A DNA stretch of 64,000 nt. It comes from Rhizaria sp. SCN 62-66. Its lineage: Eukaryota. The stretch is taken from contig MEDY01000049.1 in NCBI GenBank assembly GCA_001724265.1, positions 1-64,000 on the forward strand, in the 5' to 3' direction. Numbering within the stretch: the first letter of the stretch is position 1; every line of letters begins with the position of its first letter. Below, in pieces: positions 26,503 to 40,500 of the stretch. A program made the translations under genes and the position numbers. The notes under the pieces are model-generated. The model saw only the letters and a list, made by a program, of their open reading frames with translations, made no database searches and was not told where the DNA came from.

Positions 26503-28180
26503 TCACAGCTTGGTCGCAATCAGGAGACCATCGCCAACGGGCAGCAAACAGTGCTGCACGCGCGCGTCCTTGGCGATGAACACGTTGAGCTGGTGGAGGA
26601 TCTTGGCGCTGGTCTTGAGCTCGGCCTCGCTGCCGGACTCCGCAGGAGCCGCGGCCGCCGCAGCCGCGGCTGTCGCAGCAGCGGCATCGGTCTGAGCGGC
26701 AGCACCAGCGACGTCGTGGCCCGCCGCGGAGTGCTTCCACTCGCGGATGACGTGTCCGCGGCGCAGCACGTTGTCGAGCGCGACGACGCCGCCCTTGCGC
26801 AGCAGCGTCAGCGCGAGCTCGTAGTACACGGGATACGCGGCCTTGTCGGCGTCGATGAACACGGCGTCGAAACTGCCCACGCAGTCCGTGGCAGCCAGCA
26901 GCTGCATCGTCTCGATCGCGCTGCCGGAGAGGCACCACAGAGGAAGTGCCGGGGACGGCGCGCCGGCCTTGGCCCAGTAGGGCAGGCCGATCGACTTGAA
27001 CGGCGCAGTGTCAACCTCCAGAGTCGCAATACAGGCTGTAGAAACAAACAAATCATAAAGCAACAAAAACCAAGCACATGTGAACTGACACACTCCAATA
27101 TATCTAAACGTGCTTTGGCTTTTAAGTTATCTCCGTCGTAAAATATGAATTGTTTGAATTAAAATGATATGAAATTGAGATTAGAGATAGACCACTGACG
27201 CATCGCTAGAGAGGGCTATATCTTGCGCCTGATTGACGTACGGCCGCGGGTGGGGAGCAGCGAAGGGTCTGTGAGAATGGGGTGCTTCATGGGGCCTGTG
27301 AACTCGCTCTTGCCATTCACGACCCCGGTGCCAACGACCTCCTCGCTGAGGCCGCCGGGCGACGCCGCGGGGGCCGGGTCCGCGCTCCCGGCCGCCGCCG
27401 CGGGCGACAGCGGGCGCCCGGGACGCAGGTTCGCGTTGGCGGCCGCCGTGCACGCGAATGCAAGCGCGGTGGAGCCGGTGAAAGTGCCGATCTCGAGGAT
27501 GCGGGTCGCCTTCTGTATGCAACAAGCGAAAGATACCAAATTATGAGAGAGAAAAAAAAAAAACACGTTTTTTAAAGATCAGACACATGATTTTAATAGT
27601 GATATTCGACTTTTATCTCTTAATAACGATAGACATCGCCATTGTGGTTGATGAAGAAAGCGAAGCAAATAGAAGATATTTCCGAGAGTTTGCGGATAAC
27701 AAGCATCGGAACGGACCATCTGACGCAGCTGCCAAGTCAAAAACTGGATAGAAGCACGGTCAAGCTGCAAACGCGCCTTGTGACCTATATATGAGAAGAA
27801 TCAACATTGTTATAGTGAGATATGCTGTGTACAAGTGAGGTGTAAACTAAAGCACGTGCGGGGATGCACTGTTCGTGGTCACATCAACCAGGAAAGCAGT
27901 GCAGAGATTAATGACGTAAAACAGGTGGCATCGTGGCATTAATGTGAAACGGACCAGTGGTGTCGACAGTGGCCTGGCGAAGCTCCTCAACAATGGCGGG
28001 GGCGCGGGGGCCGACGACAGCGAGGTACGAGTCAACATCCTCGAGAGATGAAGTGAGACCCTTGGTCTGACCGCCAAGAATGGCAGAGGAAGACAGACGA
28101 GCGGCAGAACGGGGGCCCGCAACGGAGCGAAGCGTGCGCGGAAGCAGGCGCGACGACAGGCGAGAAGCTGAACCGAGCAT
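26503..28180 (-). CDS. SAM-dependent O-methyltransferase, caffeoyl-CoA/COMTD1-like family (~365 aa, 4 exons), probable mitochondrial presequence
   Basis: Exons 28180-27955, 27784-27717, 27512-27242 and 27035-26503 join in phase (1,098 nt) across GT-AG introns. Motifs: ILEIGTFTGST, FDAVFIDADK, YYELALTLLRKGGVVALDNVL, LLPVGDGL. N-terminus is Arg/Ser/Leu-rich with no acidic residues. Stop is TGA. Confidence 0.9.
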
Positions 28181-28576
28181 GGGTCAAGCTGGTGGTTAAG
28201 GTTGAGACGGTGGCAGGGAGTGGAAAGCGGCATGCAAGGCGAATCGTGAGAGGTGTGATCTGAGTGGCCTGTAAAATAAATGGTATGAATTAATATATCA
28301 CAGGCGTTGGTATAATATATGCATGCAAGAACAAGCTTAGCGATCAGAAACATTCCCAATATCTTATCCTATTGAAGCCTTCTTTCCGGTGTTTGGACGG
28401 TCGGGCCGAAGGCTCGGCCAACGGTATGGCTGACCGTGAGCAAGATGAACGAACAGCCAATCTTCAGCAGCCTCTAGCGCTCCCAATCTTTCGTCAATCT
28501 CATTGTTCTCAAATTATACTTGTTAAAGCAATTTAAATTATTGTCTTGTTCTTTAATACTTCCTACTGTTTTACTT

Positions 28577-31500
28577 ATGGCCTTCAATTCTAGTAGCAAA
28601 GTCAGCCCGCTCGTTACTTCTCTCCCACGCCGCTCTCAACTTTCTCGCGCGCCCCCGTACCTCTGCGGCCGCACTCTGCCGCCCCAGCCCGGCATGTCGT
28701 TCCACTCGCCCGACATCTTACGTGCGTCGGGCGCTCTGCTTCCCGACCTTGGTCCTCTGCCTCCCGCAGCCGCAGCCCCCCACCAAGCCCCTTTACTCAC
28801 TGCGACTGATAGCAGCTCCAGCAGTGGCGCCCGCAACAGCAGCAGCAGCGCGTTCGCGACTGACCCGCTGCTCGAGCCCCTGGACTACCCGGCCAACCGT
28901 GTTTCTGGTCGCGCCGGCGCTGGCGACGACGGCAACGTGGACTGGCGACCCCGCACAGCGTCACGTCCCCTTTCCCCTACAGACAGTAACGACAGCGCAC
29001 GCTGCGGTCGTGGCGCCACAGGCTCCAGTCTACTGTCCTCGCGCCGCATGGAGCCCCAGAACGGGAGCCACGCTGCCCATGACGCCACCGGCTCCACTGA
29101 GGACTCAGGTGCAGTGTCGCCGACGCAGACCGCCAGCAGCAGCAGTGAGAAAGCGTAGCCCACGTTCACACGCATCATCATCAAGGCTTCGGACCAGCCC
29201 GAATCGGCCGCTAACTCGACGAACAGTAGCAACAACAGCTTCAGCAGCGGCTCTTTGACGAACTTGAATAGCGCAATGGCTAGCTCCGCGGGCGCGCACG
29301 GCGGCGGGCTCTACGGTCTCGGCTACGGCCCCTCGCCCTTCGCCGCGCCCGCGCCGGGCTGCATCGCGACGACGCCGGCTGCGGCAGCCGCCGCGCTCGT
29401 CGCAGCCGTGGCCGCTGCGTCTGGCTCCGGCTCTGCTGTCTTGGCAGGTCACTCCGCGTCATCGTCAGCCTCGTCGTCGTCGTCTTCATCGTTGACTACG
29501 CTGCCCGTCAAAGTGCCCACGCACCTGCTGCCCCCGTCGGTGCCTGTGTTTGCGCTCGCGGCCGACCCCGCCGCGGCAGCACTGCTGGGCAGTATCGACG
29601 GCTTTGCGCAGTCCAATAACCCATTTTTGAACCCTTCAGCGCGTTTGATCGCCGCGCCCAGTGTCGCCAACGACGACGCTGTGACCGTTGCTGTGGCCAC
29701 GGCGGCGGCGGCGGCTGCAAAGGCTGCAGCAGCGGCCGAGGCGGCTGCCGCGCTCAGTGACCCTATTGACACGAAATTTGGAGTCAGCCGGATAAATACG
29801 AACAGCGGCGTGAAGCGCACGACTACTGGCCGTGGCACCATGATCAACAACAACAACACCAGTGCGAACAACGCCAATCCGAGGTCGAGCGCGAGTGTGA
29901 CGGCCAGAGCTGCGCTAGTGGGCCCCTCGCCCACTGGCAGTGGCCATGAGCGTAACCAGTTATCATTACTCGAGGACAGCGACGACATCGCCGCAGTGCG
30001 CGGCTACCCGGCCCCCGCGCCGCCGCTGCAGGCCTCCTTCAGCGACTTTTACCCCACGCCCGCGACTGCGTTCTCACTCGCCGTCTCCACAGACCCTACG
30101 AACAGCGCGAACGGCAGTAGCAACAACAGTGGCTCAACCCCCGGCGCCGCCGCTGCAGAGGCTGCCCCAGCAGCGATCCCCGTGCTTCCGCTGCCCGGCT
30201 CCGACTCGGCCTCGACTCCCGAGGGCGCTGCCGCCGCGGCCGCCGCCGCGCTGCCGACCTTCGCGGCCGCGGCGGCCCGCCTCGCGCGCACGGCGCTGGA
30301 GGACCCGGCCGCGGACGCCGCGTTTAGCCACTGCGTGTCGCACAACAGGCTTGTGCACCAGCGCGCGATGCCGCCAGACGTGTTGGTACGACTGGCGACC
30401 ATCGGGGCCGAGCTCAAGGCCACGGACCCGCCGCCGCGCGCATTGTGGGGTGCACTCTACGGAGACGCCGCCGCGGCCACCGCAGCCAAGGTCGCCGCCG
30501 AGGCCGCGCGCGCGAATAACAGCCAGAACGCTGCGAACCCGCCCCTGCCGCCGCCGTCGCCACTGCTTCCGGCCGGTAGAGGCACCAGTAACAGTGCCGG
30601 ATCACAGTCGCCGTCGTCGCGTCCCCAAACGCAGCAGTCCGCTCGCGGTGACGCGTCTGGCGCCAACAGCAGCGTCACGGGCGCACCGTCAACTATCGAG
30701 CAGCGCACGGCGACGTCGGTGCTTTTCTTCGGGCAGCCGCGGCGCCCGCCGTCGCCGGAGCGTGACTACTCCCTCGGCCACAACAACGCCCCGGTCAAGA
30801 AGCGGCTCGCGCCCTCGCAGGCGCGGCTGCTCGGGTTGCCGCTCGAGATGTGCAAGGGCGCGGCTCCTTTGGCGCCTGCGAGCGCACTCTCGAAGGGCGA
30901 GGGCGGCGGCAAGGCTGGCAAGAAGGGCCGCCGCGGCCGCCGTAACCGCAGCCAGGACATGGACAGCGCCAACGTGGGCAGCGCTAACGGCAGCGGGGAC
31001 GGAGGGATGACCGCGACTGCGAGCGCCGCTGCCGCCGCCGCGGCCGCGGTCGCCGCGCCGATTGACGAGGAGGCGCTGCAGTCGCAGCTCAGCCAGGCCG
31101 TGTTCCCCGAGTACTCGGATGTAGTGTGGACAGAAAAAATCGAGCCCAGCCAGGTCGCCGCCAAGAACGCGTCCCAAGCTGCCGCTGCCGACAGCGTCGG
31201 CTCGCAATCTCCGTCCAAGAGGCGCAGCTCCCTTGTCTTCACGACGCCGAGTGCAGCGCAGGGCACCGCAGCAAACGCCGCGAGCTGCACTAGAGGCGCG
31301 CGCGGCTCCATCAACGGCGGCACCATCCTCACGGCCGCGGCCGCCGTGGCCGCCGCCTCCGCCGCGGCCGCCGCAGCAGCCGCGGCCGTCTCGGGCACGT
31401 CTGCCGCGGTGGCCGCGAGCGCTGGCGTCGGCAGCCGCGACGCGCTGGACGCCTTCGCGGCGCTCGAGGGCGACGACGCCGGCGACAGCGGCGGCGCGGT

Positions 31501-34500
31501 CGGCGGCGGCGGTACGGTGCTGGCTGGCACGGCGGCGCGCGTGCTGGCGGGGCTCGGGCCCGGCGCGGCGGCCGCGCGGCGGCGGCGCACGCCGCTGCTG
31601 TGCGCGCTCCCCGGCGACAAGGACTACACGCGCTCGCGTAACGGGCGGCGCGCGCCGCACTCCGCGCAGGGCCAGGGCCAGGGGCTGGGGCTGGGCGGGG
31701 TGGGCGGTCGTCGGGGCAGCGCGGGCCCACCGGGGAGTGCTCCGAGCAACACGGCGAGTACTCCTAATCAGGCCAGTTGCGACGTCACAAGCGCGGGCTC
31801 AGTGCAATTGCAACTACCCGCTGACGGTGGTGACGGCGATGACATCAACTGTACCGACGAAGACGAGGACGAGGACGAAGACTCCGAGGAAGACGATTTC
31901 GAACACAGTGACAGCGAGACCAGTCTGAGCCGTGCCACCAGCGCCACCAGTAGCACGAGCAACAGCACCGCCGGCAGTCTGAGCGCCACGCCGACGCACG
32001 CTGCACAGAGCCAGAACCGCGCTAGCGGCGCTCGTCCTGCCGGCGCCAGTGGAAGCGGGTACCACAGCGGCATTCACCCCGCTCTCGCCGCCGCTGCTGC
32101 CGCGTCCTCAGCCGCCCGCCAGCGCGGCAGCGGCGACCACAAGGGCAAGATCAGCGCCGCCTTTGCCGCCACAGCCTCCACCGGCACTCCGCGGTCGCGG
32201 CCCGTATCCCGCGGCGGCAACGACCCCGCCGTCGCGGGCGGCGCGCCGTCCCCGCGCAGGCCTGTCTCGGCGAGCCGCGGCCGGCGCCAGCTGTCGATGG
32301 CCCTTGCAGCCGCAGCAGAGGCCGCGACGGCCGCGCTGGACCCCAACGCCCCCGCGCCCGCGGCCGGGCTCTCCGCGACCGGGCTCCATGCCACGGCGCT
32401 GACGACGAGCGCATCGGGCACCGCCAGCGGCGGCAACAGCAGCCCCGCACCCATGCGCAAGTCGCTCTCAGTCTCGGCTGCCGCGGCCGCCGCCTCTGCG
32501 GGCGCGGGCGCGGGCGTCAGCGTGCCACAGGGCTCCGTCGTGTGCGTCACTGCGCTGCCCACGGCGCGCGGCTCCGTACTCGTGGTCTCCGACGCGGCGC
32601 AGCGGAAGCAGCAGCAGCGCGGCAGCGACAAGAAGCGTCCCAACGCGAATAGAAGCAGCGGTCGTCTTAACGCGGATAACAACAGCGGCAACGTGAGCGC
32701 AACCGAAGACGACGGCAGCTAGCCTGTGTCCGCGACTGTGCGCGCCGCACAGCGCAATCTCTCGACGTTTTTGGACGATCCGACCGGCAAAGACATCATC
32801 GCAGCCTATGCTTCGCGCCAGCCGACTGTGATCTTCACCACAGCCGCCCCTGACGCCGCCGCGGTCGCCGCCGCCCTGGCCACCAACGAGGGCGCTGGCT
32901 CTGGCGGCGGCAAGGGCGACGACGATGACGACGACTATGACGACGACGGCAGTGCCGATGTTACGCACAAGCTCAACGGCGCGATTGGCGGGCCCGCGAC
33001 CGACCACGAGGACGGCGACACGTTCGACGTCAACATCTCGCCCCCGCGTCCGACATCGCGGCTTGCCAGCCACGGGTCCAAGGCCAGCTCAAGCGGCGGG
33101 ATCAGCAGGCGGCCGTCGCACAACATCGGCTCCACTGCCAACGCGCTCGCCGCGCCCAACACTGTCCCCACGGCGGCGTCCGCGGCCGCCGCGATCGCCG
33201 CCGCGTCGGCCGCCACGGGCACCGACACCGGGCTGCGCAACACAGTCATCCCGGGCGGCGTGTTCGCGGCGTCCGCTGCGACGGGCAGCACGGGCGTCAG
33301 CTTCTCGTCAATCTCGTCGCTCGCGTCCGGGAACGTCGGCTCCAGCATCAGCAACCAGGCCCCGCGGCTGCAGCGCAACCAGGCCTCGGCGCAGAAACTC
33401 ACGCTCTCGCAGCGCCGGCGCCAGCGCACCGCTCCCAGCCACGCCGACGGCAGCGGCAGCGGCGCCGAGGGCGCCGACGGCAGCATTTCGACGGTGAACA
33501 AGAAAGAGTCGCTCGTGATCGAAGACGTCAGTGACATCGATCTCGGCATCGTCGGTTCTGCAGAGTGGCGTGTTCGCGCGCCGCACGTTTCGGCCGATAC
33601 CGCCGCCGCTACGGGCGCTGCCACCTCGGCCGCAGCCGCCTCAGCCGCTGCGGCTGCCGCCGCCGTCGCCGAGTCCGCCACGACTGCAGCTGATGCCGCC
33701 GCGGCCTCCGCGGCCGCCGTGCGTCTGGCGCGCGCGGCGCGGCTCGCCGCGGTGGGCTTCAGCACCAACGCGCCGGGCCCCGGCGGCATCGGCACGCGCC
33801 AGGAGCGGCTGCGCATCACCACGAACCGGCTCTCAGCGCGCGTCGGCGAGCTCATGGCGCTGCGGCCTGGCGGCGTCACGCGCGGCGACGTGCAGCGCCT
33901 GCGCCGCGTGCTGCGCCCGCTCTACGCGCAGGAGGGCGCCGCGGCGGCCGTGGCGGCCGAGGAGGCTGCCGCTGCAACGGGTCGTGGCGGCGGCGGCGGC
34001 GGCGGCGGGATGCGGCGCGCGCGTACCGGCAGGCACGGCAGCGCCGGTGGCAGCTTGTTCAACGACGATGATAGTAACTCAGCTGCTGCGGCCGCTGCTG
34101 CGGCCGCCGCTGCTGCTGCGTCGTCGTCGTCCACGTCTTCGGCCGCCGCGGCTGCTGCTTCCGCCCCGCTGCGTCTGCTGCCGATCGAGGGCCGCAGCTC
34201 TTCCCTCGCAGATGTGACCACGCACCTGCGCGGCGGCCTAACTTCCACTTTCTCCTCCATGGGCGGCACCGGTTCGTCGTCGGGCCAGTCCTTCGGTGAG
34301 CCTCCCGTGCAGACGGCGGCGTCCGCGGCCTCCGCGACCTTCGGCCACCACTGGCCCGGCGCCCCGGGCGCGCGCGGCACGGGCTCCGTGTCACTGCTTG
34401 CTCCGGCGACGGGGCCGTACATGGGGCCCGGGCGCTACGACGTCGCCGGCCACTCGCTCGCCGCAGGCGCGGGCACCGGCGCGCGCGGCGGCGTGAGCTT

Positions 34501-37500
34501 TGACCGCACCACAGGCCGCAACGGCCGCGGCGGCGGCGTCATCGCGGCCGCCAGCGGGGCCGGGCTCAGCGCCGGCGCGGGCGCGCTCCTCACCGCGCCG
34601 TCGGGCACTGCGGCCGCGATGGCGCTGGCGGGCTCGCACGGCAACAGCGGCGCCAACAGCCACACGCACACGGTGCCCGCCGTGGTCGAGCGCCTGTACC
34701 CGAAGCAAGACCCGTCGGGCGGCGCGACGGCGGCGGCCGCGGCGGCGGCTGCTGCGGCCGTCAATGGCAATAACGGCGTCAAGCGCACGCTCACTGCGCC
34801 GGCGCTCTCCTCGACCCGGACTACTAACTATAACACGACCACTGCGGAGTCCGCTGCGAATGCACATGCCGCAACAGGCGCTGCTGTCGGCGCCGGCGCT
34901 GGCGGCGCTGCCGCGATTGCCAAGCTCGCGCTGATTGCTCTGGCAGAGGCGGACGCTGCGGGCGCACCCGAGTCTCCCGTGCCCAGCACTAGCAACACCG
35001 CCGGTGCGAGCGCGAGCGATAACGCGCACCACGCCGCGCACGACGCGACCGCGGGCATCCCGCCGGTGCTGCTGGCGCTGGCGCTGGCGCCGCGGCCCCC
35101 CGGCGCGACCGAGGCGCAGCCCCGCGACCCTGCGCGCCCGCGCGTGCCGGGCCCGTCGTTCGCGCTGGCGCCGGAGCGCCGCACCACGCTCGGCGTGCCG
35201 CTGGGCGCCGACGGCACCATTGTTGGCGGCGGTGGCGGCGCCGTCGGCGGACTCAGCGGCAGCAGCAACGGGCTCGCCAGCTCCTTCTCCGGCGCGGGCG
35301 CCGGCGGCGGCGCGCACGACGGCGGCCGTGCGGCCGCGCTCACCGCGTCCGCGGGCTCGGGCACGCTCGCTCTGTCGGCCTTCGGCCCGCTGCTGCCGGG
35401 CGGCGCGGCGTCCTCCGTCGCGGGCACGGGCTACAGCAACCGACTGATCCCGTCCCTCGCCCCCGCGACGTTCGGCACGGCGGCGCGGTTTGGGCCCTCG
35501 ACCTTCGGCGGCGCACACAGCGCGGGCTCGGGCCCCACGCCAGGCAACGGCAGCTTCGCGGTGCCCTCCGCGCTGATCAAGCGCGGGACGAACCCGCCCA
35601 GCGACGGCGCCGGACTCGTGGCCTACCGCGGCAAGCAACGCGACCCCGAGACGATCGGCCGCCTGTTGCGCACGCCGTCGCCCGAGAAGCCGCAGCGCGC
35701 GCTGCCGCGGGTCGCGCGGACCAAGCTGGGCGACGGCGACAGCGATGATGACGACGACGGCGACGACGATGACGACGGCGCAAGCGATCCCCGGCTGTTG
35801 TCCGCGTTTGCGCTCGCGGACAACGCTGCAAACAACATCGCTCAGCAACTCAAGCAGCAGCAGTCAAAGCAGCATCAGCAACAACAGTCACACCAGCAGC
35901 AGAAGCAAAAGCACGCGCAGGTGCCTGTGCCGCCGCCGTCGCCGCCGCCACACTCTGCGGTCCCGGCTGCGCTCGTCTCCGGCAGCAACGCCGACGGACT
36001 CGCGGCGCGCGCTTTGACGTCCGGTGTTCTGTCCTCCGCAGCCGCCGCGTCGCTGCTTGCACCGGGCGCCGAGTCGCTGCGTGGCTCTCTCGCGGCCGCT
36101 GCGTTCGCCGAAGTGACGGATACGAACAACACCTCCAGCGATGGCAGTAGCGCGACTCCGCGTGTCGCGCCTGCACTGCTGTCGCCGCTCGAGCTTGCCT
36201 CTGCGCGCGCCGACGCCGCCGCAGCCAACAAGGCGCACGCTGAGGCCGTGTTGGCCCGGTCCACGCGCGTCGCCGCGGCCAAGCTCGCGAAGCTGCGGTG
36301 CAAGGTCATCGACGCGGACCGCGAGCAGCGGCAGCGGCGCCAGCTCCTCCGCGCGCAGGCGCTGTGGCTGACGGTCGCGGCCGCCGCGCAGGCTGCCGCG
36401 GGCTGCGAGCAGCACATTGCGAAGCTCGGACTGCGCATGCCGCTCAACATCAGCCGGCACCTGGCCGCGGCGCGCATTCAGCGGCGCTGGCGCGACCACC
36501 AGGACCGCGTGGCGGAGCGCAAGCAGCGCGAGGCCGCGTCGCTAATTCAGCGCGTGTTCCGCGCGCGCCTGGCCGGCATGAAGCAGCGCCGCATGCGCAT
36601 CGCCGCGGACACGCTGTGTCGGTTCCTGCTCGACGTCAAGGACAACATCCACGACGACACGCGCTCGCTCATCCTCGACCCACTCGCCGCGCCCTCCGCC
36701 GTGGGGGCGGGGGCGGCCGGGGCCAACGCGCGCGGCAGCCCGTCGGGATCACCGCTGCCGGACACGCGCGCGCTGCTGTTCGCAAACCAGCTGCCCGCGC
36801 CCACCGCCGGGTCACCGCAGCAGCCGCAGCAGGCGCGCAGAGGCAAGTCGTCGCAGCTCGTGTCGATCGTCGGCGTCGTCCGCGACTTCAAGGCCAAGAT
36901 CCTGACCTGCCAGCGCGCCGTGCGCCGCTTCCTGGTCCGCCGCGCGGCACAGCGCGAGATCCTGCTGCACTACTGGGCGCAGCTGTCGCACGGCGCGCTC
37001 ACCGCCGGCGCCACGCTTGCCATCGCCGCCGCAGCCGTGGGCGCAGACGACGAGGCCGCCGCGGAGGCCCTTGCGTCCGCGGGGCTGCTGCAGTCGCTCC
37101 CGGCCACGCCGCCGCTCGCCGCGATCATGATGCTCTCTGCGCCCGCGGGGCTCGCGAACGCCAACGCGGCGTTCGCGGCGTACCAGGCCTCTGTGAGCGC
37201 TGGGAGCACCGCAAACAACAGCGCCGCCGCATCGAACAACGTGACGCCGCTGGTGCCCAGCCGCTCGATCAGCGCGGCGGGCGGCAGCGCTGTGGGCGCG
37301 AGCGTGCAGTCGCCCGGCAAGACGAGCCGGCTTGGCAACCGCTCTCTCGCCTCGCCGACCCCCGCCACGCTCATGGCTCCCTCGGCGGCGGCGAGCCTGC
37401 AGCAAGGCGGCAGCGACGACGGCGACGACGCGGTGACCGAGCTGGACACAGCCTACGCGACCGCGTTGGCGACATATAACAGCGGCAGCAGAGGCTGCAG

Positions 37501-40500
37501 TCTCGCGCTCCCCGCCGTGACGCTCGTGCAGGTGCAGCGACTGTGGGCCCGGGCCGCCGCGCGCGCCGCCAAGCTGCCGCTGCAGCACGGCAGCGCCGCC
37601 GCGAGCACCGGGCCCAGCGTCGCGCACTCGCCCAGCGTCGGGCTCGCGTCGAGCACGAACGCCAGGGCCACGGCAGCCGGTGGCAGTCCTGGCCGCGTGC
37701 GCGGTGGGGGCGTTCACAGCCCCCACTTTGTCTTCAACGGCAATACCAACGCGCTTGTCGTGCCGTCTGCCACTAACTCAGCTTTCGGCTCCCGATCCGT
37801 TTCCCCTGCCGCTAGCTCGAGTACGCCCCCGGTGATTGACTTCAACTCGCCGCCCGCGTCCGTCTCCGCGACCGGCTTCTCTGGTCACAATACGAACCCG
37901 GGCAGCGTGAAGGCCTCTTTCCCCACCCCGTCAGAGCTCACAATCACCGCGCCCGCTGCCGCCGCCGCTGCCTCTGCCTCCGCGTCCGCTGCCGCCAGCA
38001 ACATCGGCTTTGCAGCGGCCTCCGCAGCGCGCGCCCGCATGCAGGCCGCGGCCTCGCCCGCCGACGGCGGTTCGCGCAACGCCGCGCCTGTTGCGCGCCG
38101 CGCTGTTGTCACCGACAGCGTGCGCGCGCCAACGCTGACCGCGGGTGACTTCTTCATGCTCCGCTGGCAGCAGGCCTCGAACACGGCCGCCGCCACCACC
38201 GCAACCGCGTCTGCGGCGGCGCTGGCGCTGTCTGCCGGGCTGGAGCTCGCCCCCGTCGCGGCGTCCGCGCTGTCCGCCGCCGCCGCCTCCGCGGTCGCTG
38301 CGGGCGCGTCCTCTGCCTCCGCAGCCGCAGCCGTGCCGGCGATGAACGTCAAGACGGCGCACGCGCTCGTCGCCGCCGCGGCCACGCACTACTGCGGCGT
38401 CGCGCCGCCGGCCCCGCAGCAGCCCACCGCTAGCGCTAGCACCGGCGGGCTCGCGTCGCTCGGGGTCAACAGCAACGGCGCGCTCGTACCGGCCGCGGCC
38501 CCGGCCTCGGCCGCCTCGCTTGCCGCCGCCTCGGCCGCTGCGACGGCCGCGCTGGGGCTGCTGCGTCTCGAGGCGCGCGCGCTCACGGCCGCGGACCGCC
38601 ACGTGTTCGTGTCGTCGCTCATCCGGCGCCGCGTCAGTGCGCACTACGCGGCGATGAAGGCGCACGCCGTGCAGCGCGAGGAACACGCTCGCTCGGTCCG
38701 CGCCAACGTCTTCGGCATGCAAGCCACCACCTCGGCGGCGGCTGCAGGCGGCGGCGACGCGGGCGCAGTGTCCGGCGGCATGGGGGCGTTGGGCGCCGCG
38801 TTGTTTGGACCCGCTGCCGCCGCAGCGTCTGCTGAAGCTGTCGAGAAGGCCTTCTTGGCCAAGTACCCGACTCCGGTGTACTCACTGCTGCCGAGTCCGT
38901 TCGAGATGTTCTTGTTCTTGCTCGCAGTTGCGCGGCTGTGGCTGCTCACTGCCCCTGCCGCCACGTCCCCTGCCACTGCGGCCGCGGCGGCGTCAGCTGC
39001 AGCTGTCACGACCGCTGTTGCTACAGCGCCGACCGCCGCTGCCGCCGCCGCAGCCACCGCGGCTGCGGCTGCCGCAGCGCCGGCGAACGCAGTCTCCTTG
39101 GCCTCAGCCGCGGCCGCCTTCGCGGCCGCTCTGACTGCGGCAGCCACCTCGGCTACGTCCGCGCCCGGCTCGCCTGCAGTCCCCGCGGGCCCGCCCGTGC
39201 TACACGAGCACACGGGCACCGCCGGCAGCTCCGCCGTTGCGTCCGCGGTTGCCGCTGCGGCCGCGGCGCCGAGCACCGGCGCCACGGGCTCCGCCGCGCA
39301 GCTCATGCTGCGGCGCCTGCGCGAGCGCCTCTCGGGCGTCGGCAGCGCTGCCAGCGTTGGCGCCAGCTCGGCCATGCTGGGCGGGGGCGCGTCCGGCGGC
39401 GGCGGCGGCGGCGGTGCGCACCACGCGCGTACGTCGTCTCTGGCGTTGGCGCCGACGCCCGCCAGCCACATGCGCACTATGTCCTCCGACGTGCGTCTCT
39501 CGCACGCCGCCAGTGCGCTGGGCATCACGGGCCCGCTCTCGGTGCCGACTCTCGCTGCCGCGGCCGCCGCCGAGGCCGGGCTCACCGTCACGGATGCGGC
39601 GCTGCTCGCCATCCGCGGCGTCGCGGCGGGCGACCTCCTCGCCGCCGGCGCGGCCACGGGCGTCGTCGCCGTCACCGCGGCGCGCACGACGCCAGCCGCC
39701 GCGGGCGCGACGTGGGGCGCGATGCGCCGCTGTGTGCGTGCCGTGCGCCACCTGGCGCCCGCGCTGGTCATGACGCTGATGCAGCGGCAGCAGCAGGCTG
39801 CGGCGACGCTGAGCCACCTCAACCACGTCGCTGCGGTTCACGCGCGCCGCCGCGGCGCGCTCAACGTGAGCACGAGCAACGCCACGCCCGCGCTCAGGAC
39901 GCGCTCCCCGTCGGCCGCCTCCGGAGCCCCCAATGTGGGTTGGGGCGCCGTGTCACCGCTCATCGCGCACAGCAGCATTACCCCGACTCTGAGCGCGATG
40001 CCGTCGGTGCTGCAGCACCAGCGCTCACTGGCGCTGAACCCCGCACGCCGCGGCACGCTGCCCAGCAACTCGCTGTCGCCGTCGCCGCTGCCTGGCGCGT
40101 CGCCCCCCGGCGTTTCGCGCGCCCCTTCTGTGGCGGGCAACACCGCCGGCGCGAACGCGAACGCGGGGCGCACGAGCCACCGCCGGTCGGGCTCTGCGTT
40201 CACGACGCCCAGCGCGGTGAGCCAGTACCTCCTCACGGTCACCGGGGCCGCGGGCTCACACGGAGGCACCGCGATGGTGGCCGCGGCGACGGGCAACAGT
40301 GCTGCTGTTTTAGCCCCCAACAATAACGCTGGTGGGAATAACCCTGCAACTGCGACTTTGCATGTGCACGTGTCACGCCCGACGTCACCGCATGGTCACA
40401 ACCCGAATGCAGCGAATGCGAGCGGCCGGACGTCACCCAAGACGGGCACGCACGCTCTGAGAGCGTCGGGTGGCAGCTTCAGTGCGAGCGGGCTGCGCGG

